In this document: positions 1 through 9,816 of the stretch, in pieces
How the letters are laid out: the number at the start of each line of letters is the position of its first letter
How positions within the stretch are numbered: the stretch's first letter is position 1
Position numbers and translations under genes: made by a program
Sequence record: NC_070980.1
Direction: 5' to 3' (one strand)
Origin: Escherichia phage vB_EcoP_SU7
Length of the DNA: 64,000 nt
Notes under the pieces: model-generated
What the model saw: the letters and a program-made list of their open reading frames with translations, nothing else
Databases searched by the model: none
What the model was told of the DNA's origin: nothing

Positions 1-59
1 AGCCTTTCATCCCTTCTCAACATGAGTAAGAGAAATACGGGTAGGAAATCACTGGTTAG

Positions 60-630
60 ATATACATGGGTAAATAATCAATGTGTAATATCAATGGGTA
101 GGGTATTTATGGGTAAGTATGCCACTGAACGCAGGTAGGGCAAGGCTTAGAGCTTAAAGGCGGTTTGATTTCCTAAAGGCAATTGCATTGGTAATAACCT
201 TTTTTTAAATGAGGACTCCCCCTTTTTAGGAAACGCGCTCGGAGAGGCTAGGTCCATCCGGTCAAATTGAAATTTTAAACTCTTATATATAACTATATGC
301 CCCAACGTTAGTTGTGGATTTAAGCATAAGGAACAACTTAATGTGGAAATTGAAGATGATTATTCGACAGATTAAATGTAATCACGAGTACTATCCAATC
401 CGGATATCGAGAGGTGATGAACGGTTACATGCTTATTACAAGAGTACATGGAGGTGTGCAGACTGTGGTAAGGTGAGGAATAGTAAATGGGTGGATAGGC
501 CTTAACATGACATGGCCTTTATGGGTATGCCTTAATGTGGGGTAGCCTTTATGAAGTCCCCTTTACATCAGCGTACATGGGTTTATACATGGGTGGGCCT
601 TTAGATGAGTACGCCTTTATGGGTTGATCA
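60..630. repeat. Array of short degenerate direct repeats: ATGGGT core (about 8 copies) and GCCTTTATG (4 copies)
   Basis: ATGGGT at about 66, 94, 109, 487, 521, 577, 589, 618; GCCTTTATG-like at about 514, 545, 598, 612. Far above chance for a hexamer in 640 bp. Lies upstream of the terminase genes. Confidence 0.5.
341..505 (+). CDS. Hypothetical small Cys/His-containing protein (possible Zn-ribbon)
   Basis: ATG at 341 preceded by AAGGA; C-x-H...C-x2-C spacing in the translation. Overlaps the repeat array, so coding status is uncertain. Confidence 0.3.
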   Translation: MWKLKMIIRQIKCNHEYYPIRISRGDERLHAYYKSTWRCADCGKVRNSKWVDRP

Positions 631-656
631 CTCTCGTTTATCAGAGGAGAACAAAT

Positions 657-905
657 ATGTTTCTAGACTTTTTATCAGAGGTACTTCCCTACTTCCGCAC
701 TGAGAAATGTGCATTTGTATTTGATGAAGGGGAGGAGTCAGTGACTTGTTTGGGTAGATTAGTAGACCTAGACGATGATGAAGATTTTGATGCTACGATG
801 GACATTAGTTCATTGGGCTGGTTGTACATGAGATGCTTTGTAAGTTACAAGGCTGAAACGTTTAAAGATTATCGCTATAGCGCTGAAGGAGAGAATGATG
901 AATAA
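657..905 (+). CDS. Hypothetical acidic protein
   Basis: ATG at 657 with GAGGAGA SD 6 nt upstream; the track ORF begins at an upstream TTG. Confidence 0.4.
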   Translation: MFLDFLSEVLPYFRTEKCAFVFDEGEESVTCLGRLVDLDDDEDFDATMDISSLGWLYMRCFVSYKAETFKDYRYSAEGENDE

Positions 906-1551
906 TATGACAGGAACTAATACACTGAACGCAATCTATGAGAACATGGGATGTAAAGGCGAGGTTGTTTACAATGGTGGTCTCCGTCCTTTATCAGAGG
1001 ACACTTTCTATCTGAATCGTGTTCACGAAACTGCTGGAGGTAAATCCCGAGTTGAGATGGTAAAACAACTGGCTCATGGTTCTGTGTACGGTTATGCTCC
1101 TTCAACCCGTGAAATATGGGAAGGTTTGATTCCTCGTACAGAAGCTAAAGATGTGAAAGACTATTTCACTGTAGCAAAAGAAATTAAACGTAAGTGTCCA
1201 TCCAATTTAGAAGTTGTTCCGTATGTAGCTGACAAACATTCACACCTACCGGACTATGCCCGTGAGATGATTGAGATGATTGAAGAAGCCGAGTATGAAG
1301 CTCTGAATAATTATTTAAATTCAAAAGATCAATGGTCACGTAATGTAGTAATTGATGAAGAAGGTAATGAAGTAGTTACGTGGGTACATGCTAGTGAACA
1401 AGCTCTGGACCCCGAGCTTGAAGAATACAAAAAATTTTTGGCGTCCTCTTCTTTTGAGGTAGAGAATGACAAATCTATTCCAGTTGGCTGGGAAGGTGAA
1501 ACTGTAGCTCTCCAGACTTTGTTCAACCTACACGTAGGTGATGTAGATTAA
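895..1551 (+). CDS. Hypothetical protein
   Basis: 218-aa ORF with GAAGGAGAG SD; no recognisable motif. Confidence 0.5.
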   Translation: MMNNMTGTNTLNAIYENMGCKGEVVYNGGLRPLSEDTFYLNRVHETAGGKSRVEMVKQLAHGSVYGYAPSTREIWEGLIPRTEAKDVKDYFTVAKEIKRKCPSNLEVVPYVADKHSHLPDYAREMIEMIEEAEYEALNNYLNSKDQWSRNVVIDEEGNEVVTWVHASEQALDPELEEYKKFLASSSFEVENDKSIPVGWEGETVALQTLFNLHVGDVD

Positions 1552-1562
1552 TAAAAGGTGTT

Positions 1563-1586
1563 GCCTCCTCTCGTGGGAGGCTTTTT
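1563..1586 (+). terminator. Rho-independent terminator-like hairpin
   Basis: GCCTCCT/GGGAGGC stem followed by TTTTT directly after the 895-1551 ORF. Confidence 0.5.
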
Positions 1587-1616
1587 GTTATAACGATAAT
1601 GTAGAAGGAGTATAAG

Positions 1617-2084
1617 ATGTTTGGAGAAAAAGGAGAACTCACGCCTGCACAGGTAGCTGAGATTACAGGAAGACTGCCCGGAGTAACGGAAGAACTTGAA
1701 TCCAAGGGCATGGAACCAAGCACAGGGAGGTTCACTAAAGGTAATAAATTTGGACGTCCCAAAGGTAGTAGAGGTAAATTGACACAGCTCATGCTCGATC
1801 GTGTTGCTGCTAGTCATCTGTCTCCCGATGAAGTGTTGATTCAGATTTATGAAGATCCAAGTATTCCACCCGATCTTAGATTCAAGGCTGCAAGTAAAGT
1901 CGCTGATCTGGTATATCCTAAGGCAGCTTCTGTTGAGGTTAAGATTGAGGAAGAGAATGTAATCAATGAAGAATCACTGAACGCACAGATTCGAGACTTC
2001 TTGACTGGTGCACTGAAAGTGGATGTGCTACCTCCAGAGGACTCTGAGGACGCTGAAAAGGAGGAGGAAGCGGACGAGAGTTAA
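1617..2084 (+). CDS. Putative terminase small subunit / DNA-binding protein
   Basis: Immediately upstream of the large terminase; basic GRPKGSRGK segment and acidic C-terminus; AAGGAG SD. Assignment is by position. Confidence 0.4.
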   Translation: MFGEKGELTPAQVAEITGRLPGVTEELESKGMEPSTGRFTKGNKFGRPKGSRGKLTQLMLDRVAASHLSPDEVLIQIYEDPSIPPDLRFKAASKVADLVYPKAASVEVKIEEENVINEESLNAQIRDFLTGALKVDVLPPEDSEDAEKEEEADES

Positions 2085-2150
2085 TAGGAATAAAGGGGAG
2101 GGTTCTTTTCGCGAGGGATCTCTCCCTTTCTTATTTTATTGGAGGAATAT

Positions 2151-3692
2151 ATGTCGTTAGATAAAGAAATCTATGAAGCTCTAACTGGAGACAAGTTGAG
2201 TATAGAGGAAAAGAAAGCTTTGCTCAATATGTTAAAAGAAAGGGACCAGTGGAGAAAATATAACAAGATGTTGGCTTTTAAAGCCTACGACTTTCAGAAG
2301 AAATTCTATGCAGCAGGGTTGAAGCATCGCTTTCGATTCCTGTGCGCAGCTAACCGTGTTGGTAAATCTTACAGCGAGGCATACGAGTTTGCTTGTCATG
2401 TCACAGGTCGCTATCCAACTTGGTGGACAGGTTACAGATTTAATCGACCCATATTGGCTTGGGCAGTAGGGATTACAGGGGACTCTACAAGAAAGGTATT
2501 GCAAAAGGAGTTGTTTGGAACACCTATCGGAAAGGATATGAATCTAATAGGAACAGGTGTTATTCCTCGTGATGCTATCGTATTGGACACGATAGAACGA
2601 GATGGGAACAAATTACAGATTGTACAAATTAAGCATCAAAACGCGAGAGGCGAGTTTGACGGTCTAAGTACGCTGGAGTTCCGTTCTACCCAACAGGGTG
2701 AACATACATTGATGGGTGCTACGGTTGATTACATTTGGCTGGACGAAGAAGATCCATACGAATCTATGGCAATCTTCTCTCAGTGCGTAACACGTACACT
2801 TACAACTAAAGGTTTAGTTACTATTACAGCTACACCAGAGAACGGTTTAACAGAGCTGGTGGATAAGTTTATGAAAGGTGAAGGAGATGAGAACACAGGT
2901 TCTCTGTATTTCCAGAATGCTTCTTGGTGGGATGCTCATGTAGATTTAGGTGGACATATCACTGACCAAGATATTAAAGACATGACTGAAGGTATTCCAA
3001 CATGGCAGTTAGAGATGCGTTCAAAAGGTATGCCGTTGCTTGGTTCTGGTTTGATTTATGATGTATCAGATGACATGATTAAGTGTGATCCCTTTGAGAT
3101 ACCTGATACGTGGAAACGTGTTTGTGCTATTGATATTGGTATCGATCACCCGACAGCCGCTGTTTGGACAGCATATGATGCTAACACTGATACGATTTAT
3201 GTTTATGACTGCTATAAAGAAGGTGGGTTTACTCCGGTGTACCATGCACCAGCTATTAATGGTCGTGGTCAGTGGATTCCAGTTATTCTTCCTCACGATG
3301 CCGATAATATTGAGAAGGGAAGTGGTTCGTCTGTTGCTCAATTCTATAAGAATGCAGGGGTTAATGTACAGAGTGAGACCTTCTACAACAAGATTGGAAT
3401 GGATGGTAAGAAGAACTTCTTTGTAGAGCCGGGAATTACTGATATTCGTGAACGTATGATGTCAGGTCGTTTTAAAATCTTTAACATTGCTTCGTGTGCT
3501 AAACTCTTTGAAGAGAAAGCTCGCTATCACCGTAAGGTTGGCAAGATTGTTAAGGAACATGATGACTTGATGGATGCTATGCGATATTCAGCTTGTTCTG
3601 TAACACATCGTGGACGTAGTAAGCATGATGCTAGTTATGGTAGTTCATCGCTTTATCAAGACAATATTAACAGATGGAATCAGACCTACTAA
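2151..3692 (+). CDS. terL: Terminase large subunit (ATPase + nuclease)
   Basis: Walker A-like CAANRVGKS, Walker B-like IWLDEED, C-terminal acidic nuclease region; ATG at 2151 with GGAGGA SD (track ORF starts at upstream TTG 2139). Confidence 0.85.
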   Translation: MSLDKEIYEALTGDKLSIEEKKALLNMLKERDQWRKYNKMLAFKAYDFQKKFYAAGLKHRFRFLCAANRVGKSYSEAYEFACHVTGRYPTWWTGYRFNRPILAWAVGITGDSTRKVLQKELFGTPIGKDMNLIGTGVIPRDAIVLDTIERDGNKLQIVQIKHQNARGEFDGLSTLEFRSTQQGEHTLMGATVDYIWLDEEDPYESMAIFSQCVTRTLTTKGLVTITATPENGLTELVDKFMKGEGDENTGSLYFQNASWWDAHVDLGGHITDQDIKDMTEGIPTWQLEMRSKGMPLLGSGLIYDVSDDMIKCDPFEIPDTWKRVCAIDIGIDHPTAAVWTAYDANTDTIYVYDCYKEGGFTPVYHAPAINGRGQWIPVILPHDADNIEKGSGSSVAQFYKNAGVNVQSETFYNKIGMDGKKNFFVEPGITDIRERMMSGRFKIFNIASCAKLFEEKARYHRKVGKIVKEHDDLMDAMRYSACSVTHRGRSKHDASYGSSSLYQDNINRWNQTY

Positions 3693-3697
3693 AAATA

Positions 3698-3720
3698 GGG
3701 GAGGCTTTGTCCTCCCTTTA
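3698..3720 (+). terminator. Terminator-like hairpin
   Basis: GGGGAGG-CTTTGT-CCTCCC stem-loop after the terminase stop; weak T-run. Confidence 0.35.
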
Positions 3721-3757
3721 GTAGTTCCTTCCAAGCTATCACCGAGGGAGAGATTAG

Positions 3758-6001
3758 ATGGCTAAGAAGAAATTTAGTGAAGATGTTTTGGATGAATTAC
3801 GCGTTGACCTTCAACGTCGATTCAATTATGCTCAAGGTTATGTAGACTTAGCTGTAAAAGGCTATGCTCGTGAGGCTTGGGAATACTTCTATGGGAACCT
3901 TCCTGCTCCAGTTACTGCTGGTAGCTCTAGTTGGGTAGACCGTACGGTATGGGAATCAGTGAATGGTACGCTCCAAGATATCATTAATGTGTTCTGTTCT
4001 GGTGACGAAGCGGTAACTTTCGTAGCCGATAACCAAGAAGATAGTGATGCTGCTGACGTAGCCACTAAACTTGTCAACCAAATTTTGTTACGTGATAATC
4101 CGGGATACAATATTATCTCTTCAGCGGCACAAGAGTGTCTGGTTACACGTAACTCTTTTATTAAATATTATTGGGATGAACAAACTTCTACCCAAACAGA
4201 AGAAGCAGAGGGTGTTCCTCCGGAAGCTTTGGCTGCATATGTCCAAGGTTTAGAAGCTGGTGGGCTTCAAGATTTAGAAATCTTTACCACTGACAACGAA
4301 GATGGTACAGTGGATGTTAAAGTAACTTACAAACAAACAGTAAAACGCGTTAAAGTAGAATATGTTCCTTCAGAACAGATTTTTGTTGACGAACATGCTA
4401 CCTCTTTTGCAGATGCTCAGTATTTCTGTCATCGCACACGTAAATCTAAAGAAGATCTGGTTGCTATGGGCTTCCCTAAAGATGAAATTGAAGCTTTTAA
4501 TGACTGGACTGATACAATGGACACCACTCAATCTACTGTTGCATGGTCACGTACTGACTGGCGTCAGGATATAGATTCAGATATCGGTGTAGACACTGAT
4601 GATATCGCTTCTATGGTTTGGGTTTACGAGCATTACATCCGTACTGGTGTACTGGATAAGAATAAAGAAGCAAAACTCTATCAAGTTATTCAAGCAGGTG
4701 AGCATATTCTCAGTTGTGAAGAAGTAACTAGCATTCCTTTTGTAACATTCTGCCCTTATCCTATTCCGGGTTCATTCTATGGACAATCTGTTTATGATAT
4801 CACCAAAGATATTCAGGATTTGCGTACCGCTTTGGTTCGTGGTTATATCGATAACGTAAACAATGCTAACTATGGTCGTTATAAGGCTCTTGTAGGTGCT
4901 TATGACCGTCGTTCTCTACTGGATAACCGTCCGGGTGGTGTAGTAGAAATGGAGCGTCAGGATGCGATTGATCTCTTCCCATACCATAATCTACCTCAAG
5001 GTATCGATGGCTTGCTGGGAATGTCTGATGAGTTGAAAGAAACTCGTACTGGTGTTACTAAACTCGGTATGGGTATTAACCCTGATGTGTTTAAGAATGA
5101 TAACGCATATGCAACTGTTGGATTGATGATGAATGCTGCTCAGAACCGTCTCCGTATGGTCTGTCGTAACATTGCTCACAACGGTATGGTTGAATTGATG
5201 CGTGGTATTTATAATTTAGTCCGAGAAAATGGTGAGGTTCCTTTACAAGTACAAACCCCTCGTGGTATGGTTCAGGTTCATCCTAAACAACTGCCTGCTC
5301 GTCACAATCTACAAGTTGTTGTAGCTATCTCTCCTAGCGAGAAATCAGAACGTGCCCAGAAACTAATCAGCCTGAAGCAATTGATTGCTGCTGATGCTCA
5401 GTTAGCACCTCTGTTCACTCTGGAGCAAGATCGTTATATGACTGCACAGATCTTCGAGTTGATGGGAATTAAAGACACTCACAAATACTTAATGCCTCTG
5501 GAACAGTATCAACCGCCAGAACCTTCTCCGATGGAAATCCTCCAGCTTGAGATGACTAAAGCACAGGTTGAGAACGTACAGGCTTCTTCTCAGAAGATGA
5601 TTGCTGATGCATTCGACCAGCGTGAACGTACTACGTTTGAACAGCAGAAAGCTGCGGATGAGTTCAGCTTGCGTCAAGAAGAACTGCAATTTAAGCAAGA
5701 GAATGCTGCTGATCAGATGACTTTGGAGAATCGTAAAGAAGACAACAGTGCTACACTTGAACAAGCTAAGCATAAGTTGGCTCTGCTCCAGCAACAGGTC
5801 CGTCAGTACGAATCTGTACTTAAAGAATTGCAGATGACTCTTAACCATCAGGTTGATGTTGAGAAAGTTGCAAATCAGGCTAAAATTCAAGATAAGACTT
5901 TGGAACTCCAAAAGAAAGAAGCAAATGAAACTAAGAAAGAACAGCAAAGTTCAATCAAAGATTCACGGATTCCTAACCGTCGTCTTGGTAGTAGAAAATA
6001 A
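3758..6001 (+). CDS. Portal protein
   Basis: 747-aa ORF directly after the large terminase, strong SD, C-terminal coiled-coil/charged tail; assignment by position and size. Confidence 0.65.
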   Translation: MAKKKFSEDVLDELRVDLQRRFNYAQGYVDLAVKGYAREAWEYFYGNLPAPVTAGSSSWVDRTVWESVNGTLQDIINVFCSGDEAVTFVADNQEDSDAADVATKLVNQILLRDNPGYNIISSAAQECLVTRNSFIKYYWDEQTSTQTEEAEGVPPEALAAYVQGLEAGGLQDLEIFTTDNEDGTVDVKVTYKQTVKRVKVEYVPSEQIFVDEHATSFADAQYFCHRTRKSKEDLVAMGFPKDEIEAFNDWTDTMDTTQSTVAWSRTDWRQDIDSDIGVDTDDIASMVWVYEHYIRTGVLDKNKEAKLYQVIQAGEHILSCEEVTSIPFVTFCPYPIPGSFYGQSVYDITKDIQDLRTALVRGYIDNVNNANYGRYKALVGAYDRRSLLDNRPGGVVEMERQDAIDLFPYHNLPQGIDGLLGMSDELKETRTGVTKLGMGINPDVFKNDNAYATVGLMMNAAQNRLRMVCRNIAHNGMVELMRGIYNLVRENGEVPLQVQTPRGMVQVHPKQLPARHNLQVVVAISPSEKSERAQKLISLKQLIAADAQLAPLFTLEQDRYMTAQIFELMGIKDTHKYLMPLEQYQPPEPSPMEILQLEMTKAQVENVQASSQKMIADAFDQRERTTFEQQKAADEFSLRQEELQFKQENAADQMTLENRKEDNSATLEQAKHKLALLQQQVRQYESVLKELQMTLNHQVDVEKVANQAKIQDKTLELQKKEANETKKEQQSSIKDSRIPNRRLGSRK

Positions 6002-6010
6002 GGATACTGA

Positions 6011-6247
6011 ATGAATACAAGACAGCAATTCAATAAAGAGCACGCCGCCGCTTTGGCGGCTCTCAATCACAACGGCATTCTTGACGCAGCATTAGAGGCA
6101 TTAAAAGAAACCCTCATGAGAGATATCGTATTAACCGAGGCTCATGAGAATAAGAAACGCGAAGAGTGTTATCAAAAGTATAAAATGGTTGGTAGCTTAA
6201 AAGAGGTCATAAAAGCTGCTATCAATAATGCAGGAGATATTTCCTAA
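6011..6247 (+). CDS. Hypothetical small protein
   Basis: 78-aa ORF with AAGGA SD between portal and scaffold. Confidence 0.4.
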   Translation: MNTRQQFNKEHAAALAALNHNGILDAALEALKETLMRDIVLTEAHENKKREECYQKYKMVGSLKEVIKAAINNAGDIS

Positions 6248-7332
6248 TGGCAAATGATTATATTGACCCGAACGATTTTAAATCTTTCCTCCAACTAGAC
6301 GACTTAAAAGGCTCCTTCAAAGAAGAGCTTAGTCAATTAGAATCAGAACGTGAACCAGAAGTGAACATTGATGATGAATTCCCAGAACAGTCTGAGACTT
6401 TTGATCTTGATGCTTCCGACCTTCTCGGTGATGACGATACGTTAGCGTTCGAAGATGAAGATGGTTGGGAAGATCGTGAAGAGGAAGGCGAAGAAGAAGA
6501 AGAGGAAGAGTCTGAGTTCTCTGATGAAGAAGATGAAGAAGATGATTCCGGTGAAGCAGATCACGATGAAGCTGCTAACAGCGACGAAGATGGCGAAGAA
6601 GGTGAAGTCTTTGACGTAGATTATGAAACTGTTATCACCCTTCCTGATGGTCGTGAGATGACTATTGAAGAGTTGTCTAATGGCTATTTGACTGGTGCAG
6701 AAATGTCCGAACGTGAGACTACTTTGCAGCGTCATGTTGAAGCTTTTGAAGAACGTGTTGCTGGCTTGGGGGATGTATTAGAACTAGCTGCCCTAGAAGC
6801 AGACCGAGTAATTGAAGATTACAATGGTTTTGATTGGGACAAACTCGCACAAGAAGATCCTCAAGCTTATGTAGAAAACAAACGTTTCTTAGAAAAATAT
6901 ACAGCTCGTCGCCAACAGCTTGAACAAGCTCAGCTTAAGATCAAGCAGGAAGCACAAGCAAAAGAACAACAGCTCTTCCAAGCTAAATGCACTGAGTGTG
7001 TAAGCGTACTTAAACGTGAGATTCCTAATTGGGATGACAACTTGTATCAGAACCTGATGCAGTATGCAATCGACTTAGGTGCTACAGAAGAAGAAGTGCT
7101 GAAAGAGAACCGTCCGTCAATCTTCCTAGCTCTACACAAAGCATACCAGTTTGATAAAGGTAAGCAGCAGGTGATGGCTAAGATTAAACGTCCCGGCTCT
7201 CCACGCAAGGTTGTGAAGTCCGATGCTTCTAAGTCTCGTTCTTCCAATACGCCAGACAACGCTAAGGTTGCCAAGGCATTCTCAGAGGGTCGTATTCGTC
7301 ACGAAGACGCATTTAAGTATCTCGTAGATTAA
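6247..7332 (+). CDS. Scaffolding protein (putative)
   Basis: Extremely acidic N-terminal half (EEEEEEESEFSDEEDEEDD), helical C-terminal half, located between portal and capsid. Confidence 0.55.
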   Translation: MANDYIDPNDFKSFLQLDDLKGSFKEELSQLESEREPEVNIDDEFPEQSETFDLDASDLLGDDDTLAFEDEDGWEDREEEGEEEEEEESEFSDEEDEEDDSGEADHDEAANSDEDGEEGEVFDVDYETVITLPDGREMTIEELSNGYLTGAEMSERETTLQRHVEAFEERVAGLGDVLELAALEADRVIEDYNGFDWDKLAQEDPQAYVENKRFLEKYTARRQQLEQAQLKIKQEAQAKEQQLFQAKCTECVSVLKREIPNWDDNLYQNLMQYAIDLGATEEEVLKENRPSIFLALHKAYQFDKGKQQVMAKIKRPGSPRKVVKSDASKSRSSNTPDNAKVAKAFSEGRIRHEDAFKYLVD

Positions 7333-7372
7333 TCGACAAATTTATTTTTAATAGTATAGGAGCTAATATAAC

Positions 7373-8428
7373 ATGGCAAATCCAACTTTATTTGTATCTT
7401 ACGACCAGAATGGTAAAAAACTTTCTTTTGCTAACTGGATTTCTGTCCTGTCTCCGCAAGACACTCCGTTTGTGTCTATGACTGGTAAAGAGTCTATCAA
7501 TCAGACTATTTTCAGCTGGCAGACCGATGCTCTGGCGAGCGTAGATGCTAACAACGCCCACGTCGAAGGCTCTCGTGCTGAAGACGGCGAAATGAAACCG
7601 ACTGTAATCAAGTCCAACGTTACTCAGATCCTGCGTAAAGTTGTTCGTGTTTCTGATACTGCTAACACCACCGCTAACTACGGTCGTGGTCGTGAACTGA
7701 TGTATCAGCTGGAGAAGAAAGGTAAAGAGATTAAACGTGACCTCGAGAAAATCTTGCTGTCCGGTCAGGCTCGTACCGATATTCTGGCAGACCAGTATCT
7801 GACCAACTCTGCAACTGATCCTGCTGTTGTAGGTCAGAATGATACCTCAGCTGCTCGTAAGACTGGTGCTTTCCAGTTCCTGTGTGCACACAATGGTGTT
7901 GCTGGTGGTGTTGTTAAGAAAGAAGATGGTCCTGCTGACCCGGATACTGGTGCAGTAACTGTTAAAGTTGCACAGAATGCTTCTAACCCGACTACTAACA
8001 TCGGTTTTGATGAAGCTGATATCTTTGATATGACTCTGCAATTGTATACCGCTGGTTCTGAAGCAGACATCATCATGATTAACCCTGCTCACGCTAGTAT
8101 CTTTGCTAAGCTTCAGGAAAACTCTGTTGGTTCTCGTCAGCGTATCTTTGAGAACACCAAACAGTTCATCTATGAAGTTAACAGCATCACTGACCCGCTG
8201 GGCCAGAGCTATAAAATCATCGTTAACCGTTGGATGCCTGCTGATGCAGTTTACTTCTTCCGCAGCTCTGACTGGACTCAGATGGTTCTTCGTGCTCCGA
8301 AACGTACTGAACTGGCGAAAGATGGTTCTTACGAGAAATGGATGATCGAAATGGAAGTTGGTCTGCGTCACCGCAACCCGTATGCCTCCGGCGTTCTGTT
8401 CACTGCTGCGGGAAAGGTGGTGGCGTAA
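7373..8428 (+). CDS. Major capsid protein (zero-frame product)
   Basis: 351-aa ORF after scaffold with AGGAG SD, followed by a strong terminator; typical capsid position. Confidence 0.75.
   Translation: MANPTLFVSYDQNGKKLSFANWISVLSPQDTPFVSMTGKESINQTIFSWQTDALASVDANNAHVEGSRAEDGEMKPTVIKSNVTQILRKVVRVSDTANTTANYGRGRELMYQLEKKGKEIKRDLEKILLSGQARTDILADQYLTNSATDPAVVGQNDTSAARKTGAFQFLCAHNGVAGGVVKKEDGPADPDTGAVTVKVAQNASNPTTNIGFDEADIFDMTLQLYTAGSEADIIMINPAHASIFAKLQENSVGSRQRIFENTKQFIYEVNSITDPLGQSYKIIVNRWMPADAVYFFRSSDWTQMVLRAPKRTELAKDGSYEKWMIEMEVGLRHRNPYASGVLFTAAGKVVA
8410..8416 (+). promoter_or_regulatory. -1 programmed ribosomal frameshift slippery heptamer G GGA AAG
   Basis: X XXY YYZ heptamer 10 nt before the capsid stop; the -1 frame is open to 8952. 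A possible hairpin (8427-8432 pairing 8443-8448) lies 10 nt downstream. Confidence 0.55.
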
Positions 8429-8952
8429 CAGTAGACAGTGTGACTGTTAGCCCTGCGTCTTTAGCAAGTCTAGAGACAGGGGCTACTCGGCAGTTCACTG
8501 CAAGCGCGGAGAAAAGTGATGGTTCTACCGAAACAACTGGCTTTACTTGGTCAGTGACAGGAGGTGGTTCTATCACTCAGTCGGGTTTGTATACTGCTCC
8601 GAGTGCGTCTCAATCCACTGATGTATCCATTACTGCAACTTTAGAAGGTGTTTCTGGTACAGCAACAATTTCAGAAATTGTTGCTCCTGCTCCTACTATT
8701 GTAGCTAAGGGTCCAATTACGGGTAAAACTGGTGGTTCCTCCACTAATTTCACTACCATGTTTACTGTAACTAATTCTGCTGCTGCGGATTACACGTTTG
8801 TTGTAACTCCTACAGAAGCTGGTACAGTAAGCGCCGCTGGTGCGTTAACCTTAGATGCTGCTGCAAGTGGCGAAGTTACTGTTCAAGCAAGTTTGACAGC
8901 TGACCCGTCCATCAATGCAACATGCACTTTTACTGGTGTAACACCTGCTTAA
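8410..8952 (+). CDS. Capsid C-terminal extension made by -1 frameshift; contains an Ig-like (Big_2-type) domain
   Basis: -1 frame ORF (track 8338-8952) with no independent start/SD; Ig-like segment VTVSPASLASLETGATRQFTA...TATI. Confidence 0.55.
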   Translation, partial: GKGGGVTVDSVTVSPASLASLETGATRQFTASAEKSDGSTETTGFTWSVTGGGSITQSGLYTAPSASQSTDVSITATLEGVSGTATISEIVAPAPTIVAKGPITGKTGGSSTNFTTMFTVTNSAAADYTFVVTPTEAGTVSAAGALTLDAAASGEVTVQASLTADPSINATCTFTGVTPA

Positions 8953-8960
8953 AAACTAGA

Positions 8961-8990
8961 CCCTGCCTTCGGGCGGGGTTTTTTCGTTTT
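8961..8990 (+). terminator. Rho-independent terminator (UUCG tetraloop)
   Basis: CCCTGCC-TTCG-GGCGGGG stem-loop followed by TTTTTT, directly after the capsid/extension ORFs. Confidence 0.8.
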
Positions 8991-9054
8991 AAGACCTATA
9001 CAAGCTAGTGTGTAATGTATATTCTTTGTCTACATACAACTAGGAGGACAATCT

Positions 9055-9807
9055 ATGGCGATGCCAGACGTTCAAAACCCAATTAATACCTACGGATGGC
9101 TTAAGAAGGCTGTGTCCCTCTGGGCTGACCGTGATGACCCTGAATTTGTTAATCAAATTCCAAACTTTATTAACTTTGCAGAAAAGGAAATCTATCGTAA
9201 CTTACGTATTCCTCCTCTGGAAAAAGAAGTGTATTTAGATATTAAAGATGGAGTAGCTTACATTCCTCCTGATTACTTAGAAGCTCAATGGATGATGAGA
9301 GCCAAAGATGGCACAATCTTCCAAGTAACCTCTCCTGAAGAGATTAGCTATCGTAGACAGCATGGAACAATTAACCCATCTCACTGGAATAACCAACCTG
9401 TCAACTTTGCTCGTTTCGGTAGTCGTTTCATTTTCTACCCTAGCATCGAAGCAGATACTCCGTACTACCCTGATGATGGAAGCCCTTTGATTCCAGCAGA
9501 AAACTCAGTGATTCTTAGCTATTATGCAGACCCACCGGAATTCCATGAAGATACAGATACTAGTACTATTCTTACTATAGCACCGGAACTTCTTCTGTAC
9601 TTCACCCTACGTCATGCTTGTCTCTTTGTTCAAGATGATAATGGTGTTCAGAAATGGTCAGCATTAGGAAAAGCTATCCTTGATGAAATGGTAGAACAGA
9701 ATAAGAAACAAGAGTACTCAGGTTCACCTATCGCAATTCCGAATAACATGACTCGACTTCAGAGCAGCTTGCCTGATATTTATGGTATTCGTACTTCTCG
9801 TGTATAA
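9055..9807 (+). CDS. Virion structural protein (putative adaptor/tail protein)
   Basis: 250-aa ORF with AGGAGG SD after the capsid terminator; role by position only. Confidence 0.4.
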   Translation: MAMPDVQNPINTYGWLKKAVSLWADRDDPEFVNQIPNFINFAEKEIYRNLRIPPLEKEVYLDIKDGVAYIPPDYLEAQWMMRAKDGTIFQVTSPEEISYRRQHGTINPSHWNNQPVNFARFGSRFIFYPSIEADTPYYPDDGSPLIPAENSVILSYYADPPEFHEDTDTSTILTIAPELLLYFTLRHACLFVQDDNGVQKWSALGKAILDEMVEQNKKQEYSGSPIAIPNNMTRLQSSLPDIYGIRTSRV

Positions 9808-9816
9808 GGAGATAAT

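Noticed and set aside
267-295. Sigma-70-like promoter TTGAAA-N15/17-TATAAC/TAACTA upstream of the first small ORF
   Set aside because: Spacer length and -10 match are ambiguous, and the whole region is AT-rich so chance matches are likely.
5489-5947. 152-aa minus-strand ORF inside the portal gene, and similar antisense ORFs (e.g. 25026-25406, 11520-11849, 7847-8371)
   Set aside because: They lie wholly within well-supported longer genes on the opposite strand, lack SD sequences and have low-complexity translations; treated as antisense artefacts.
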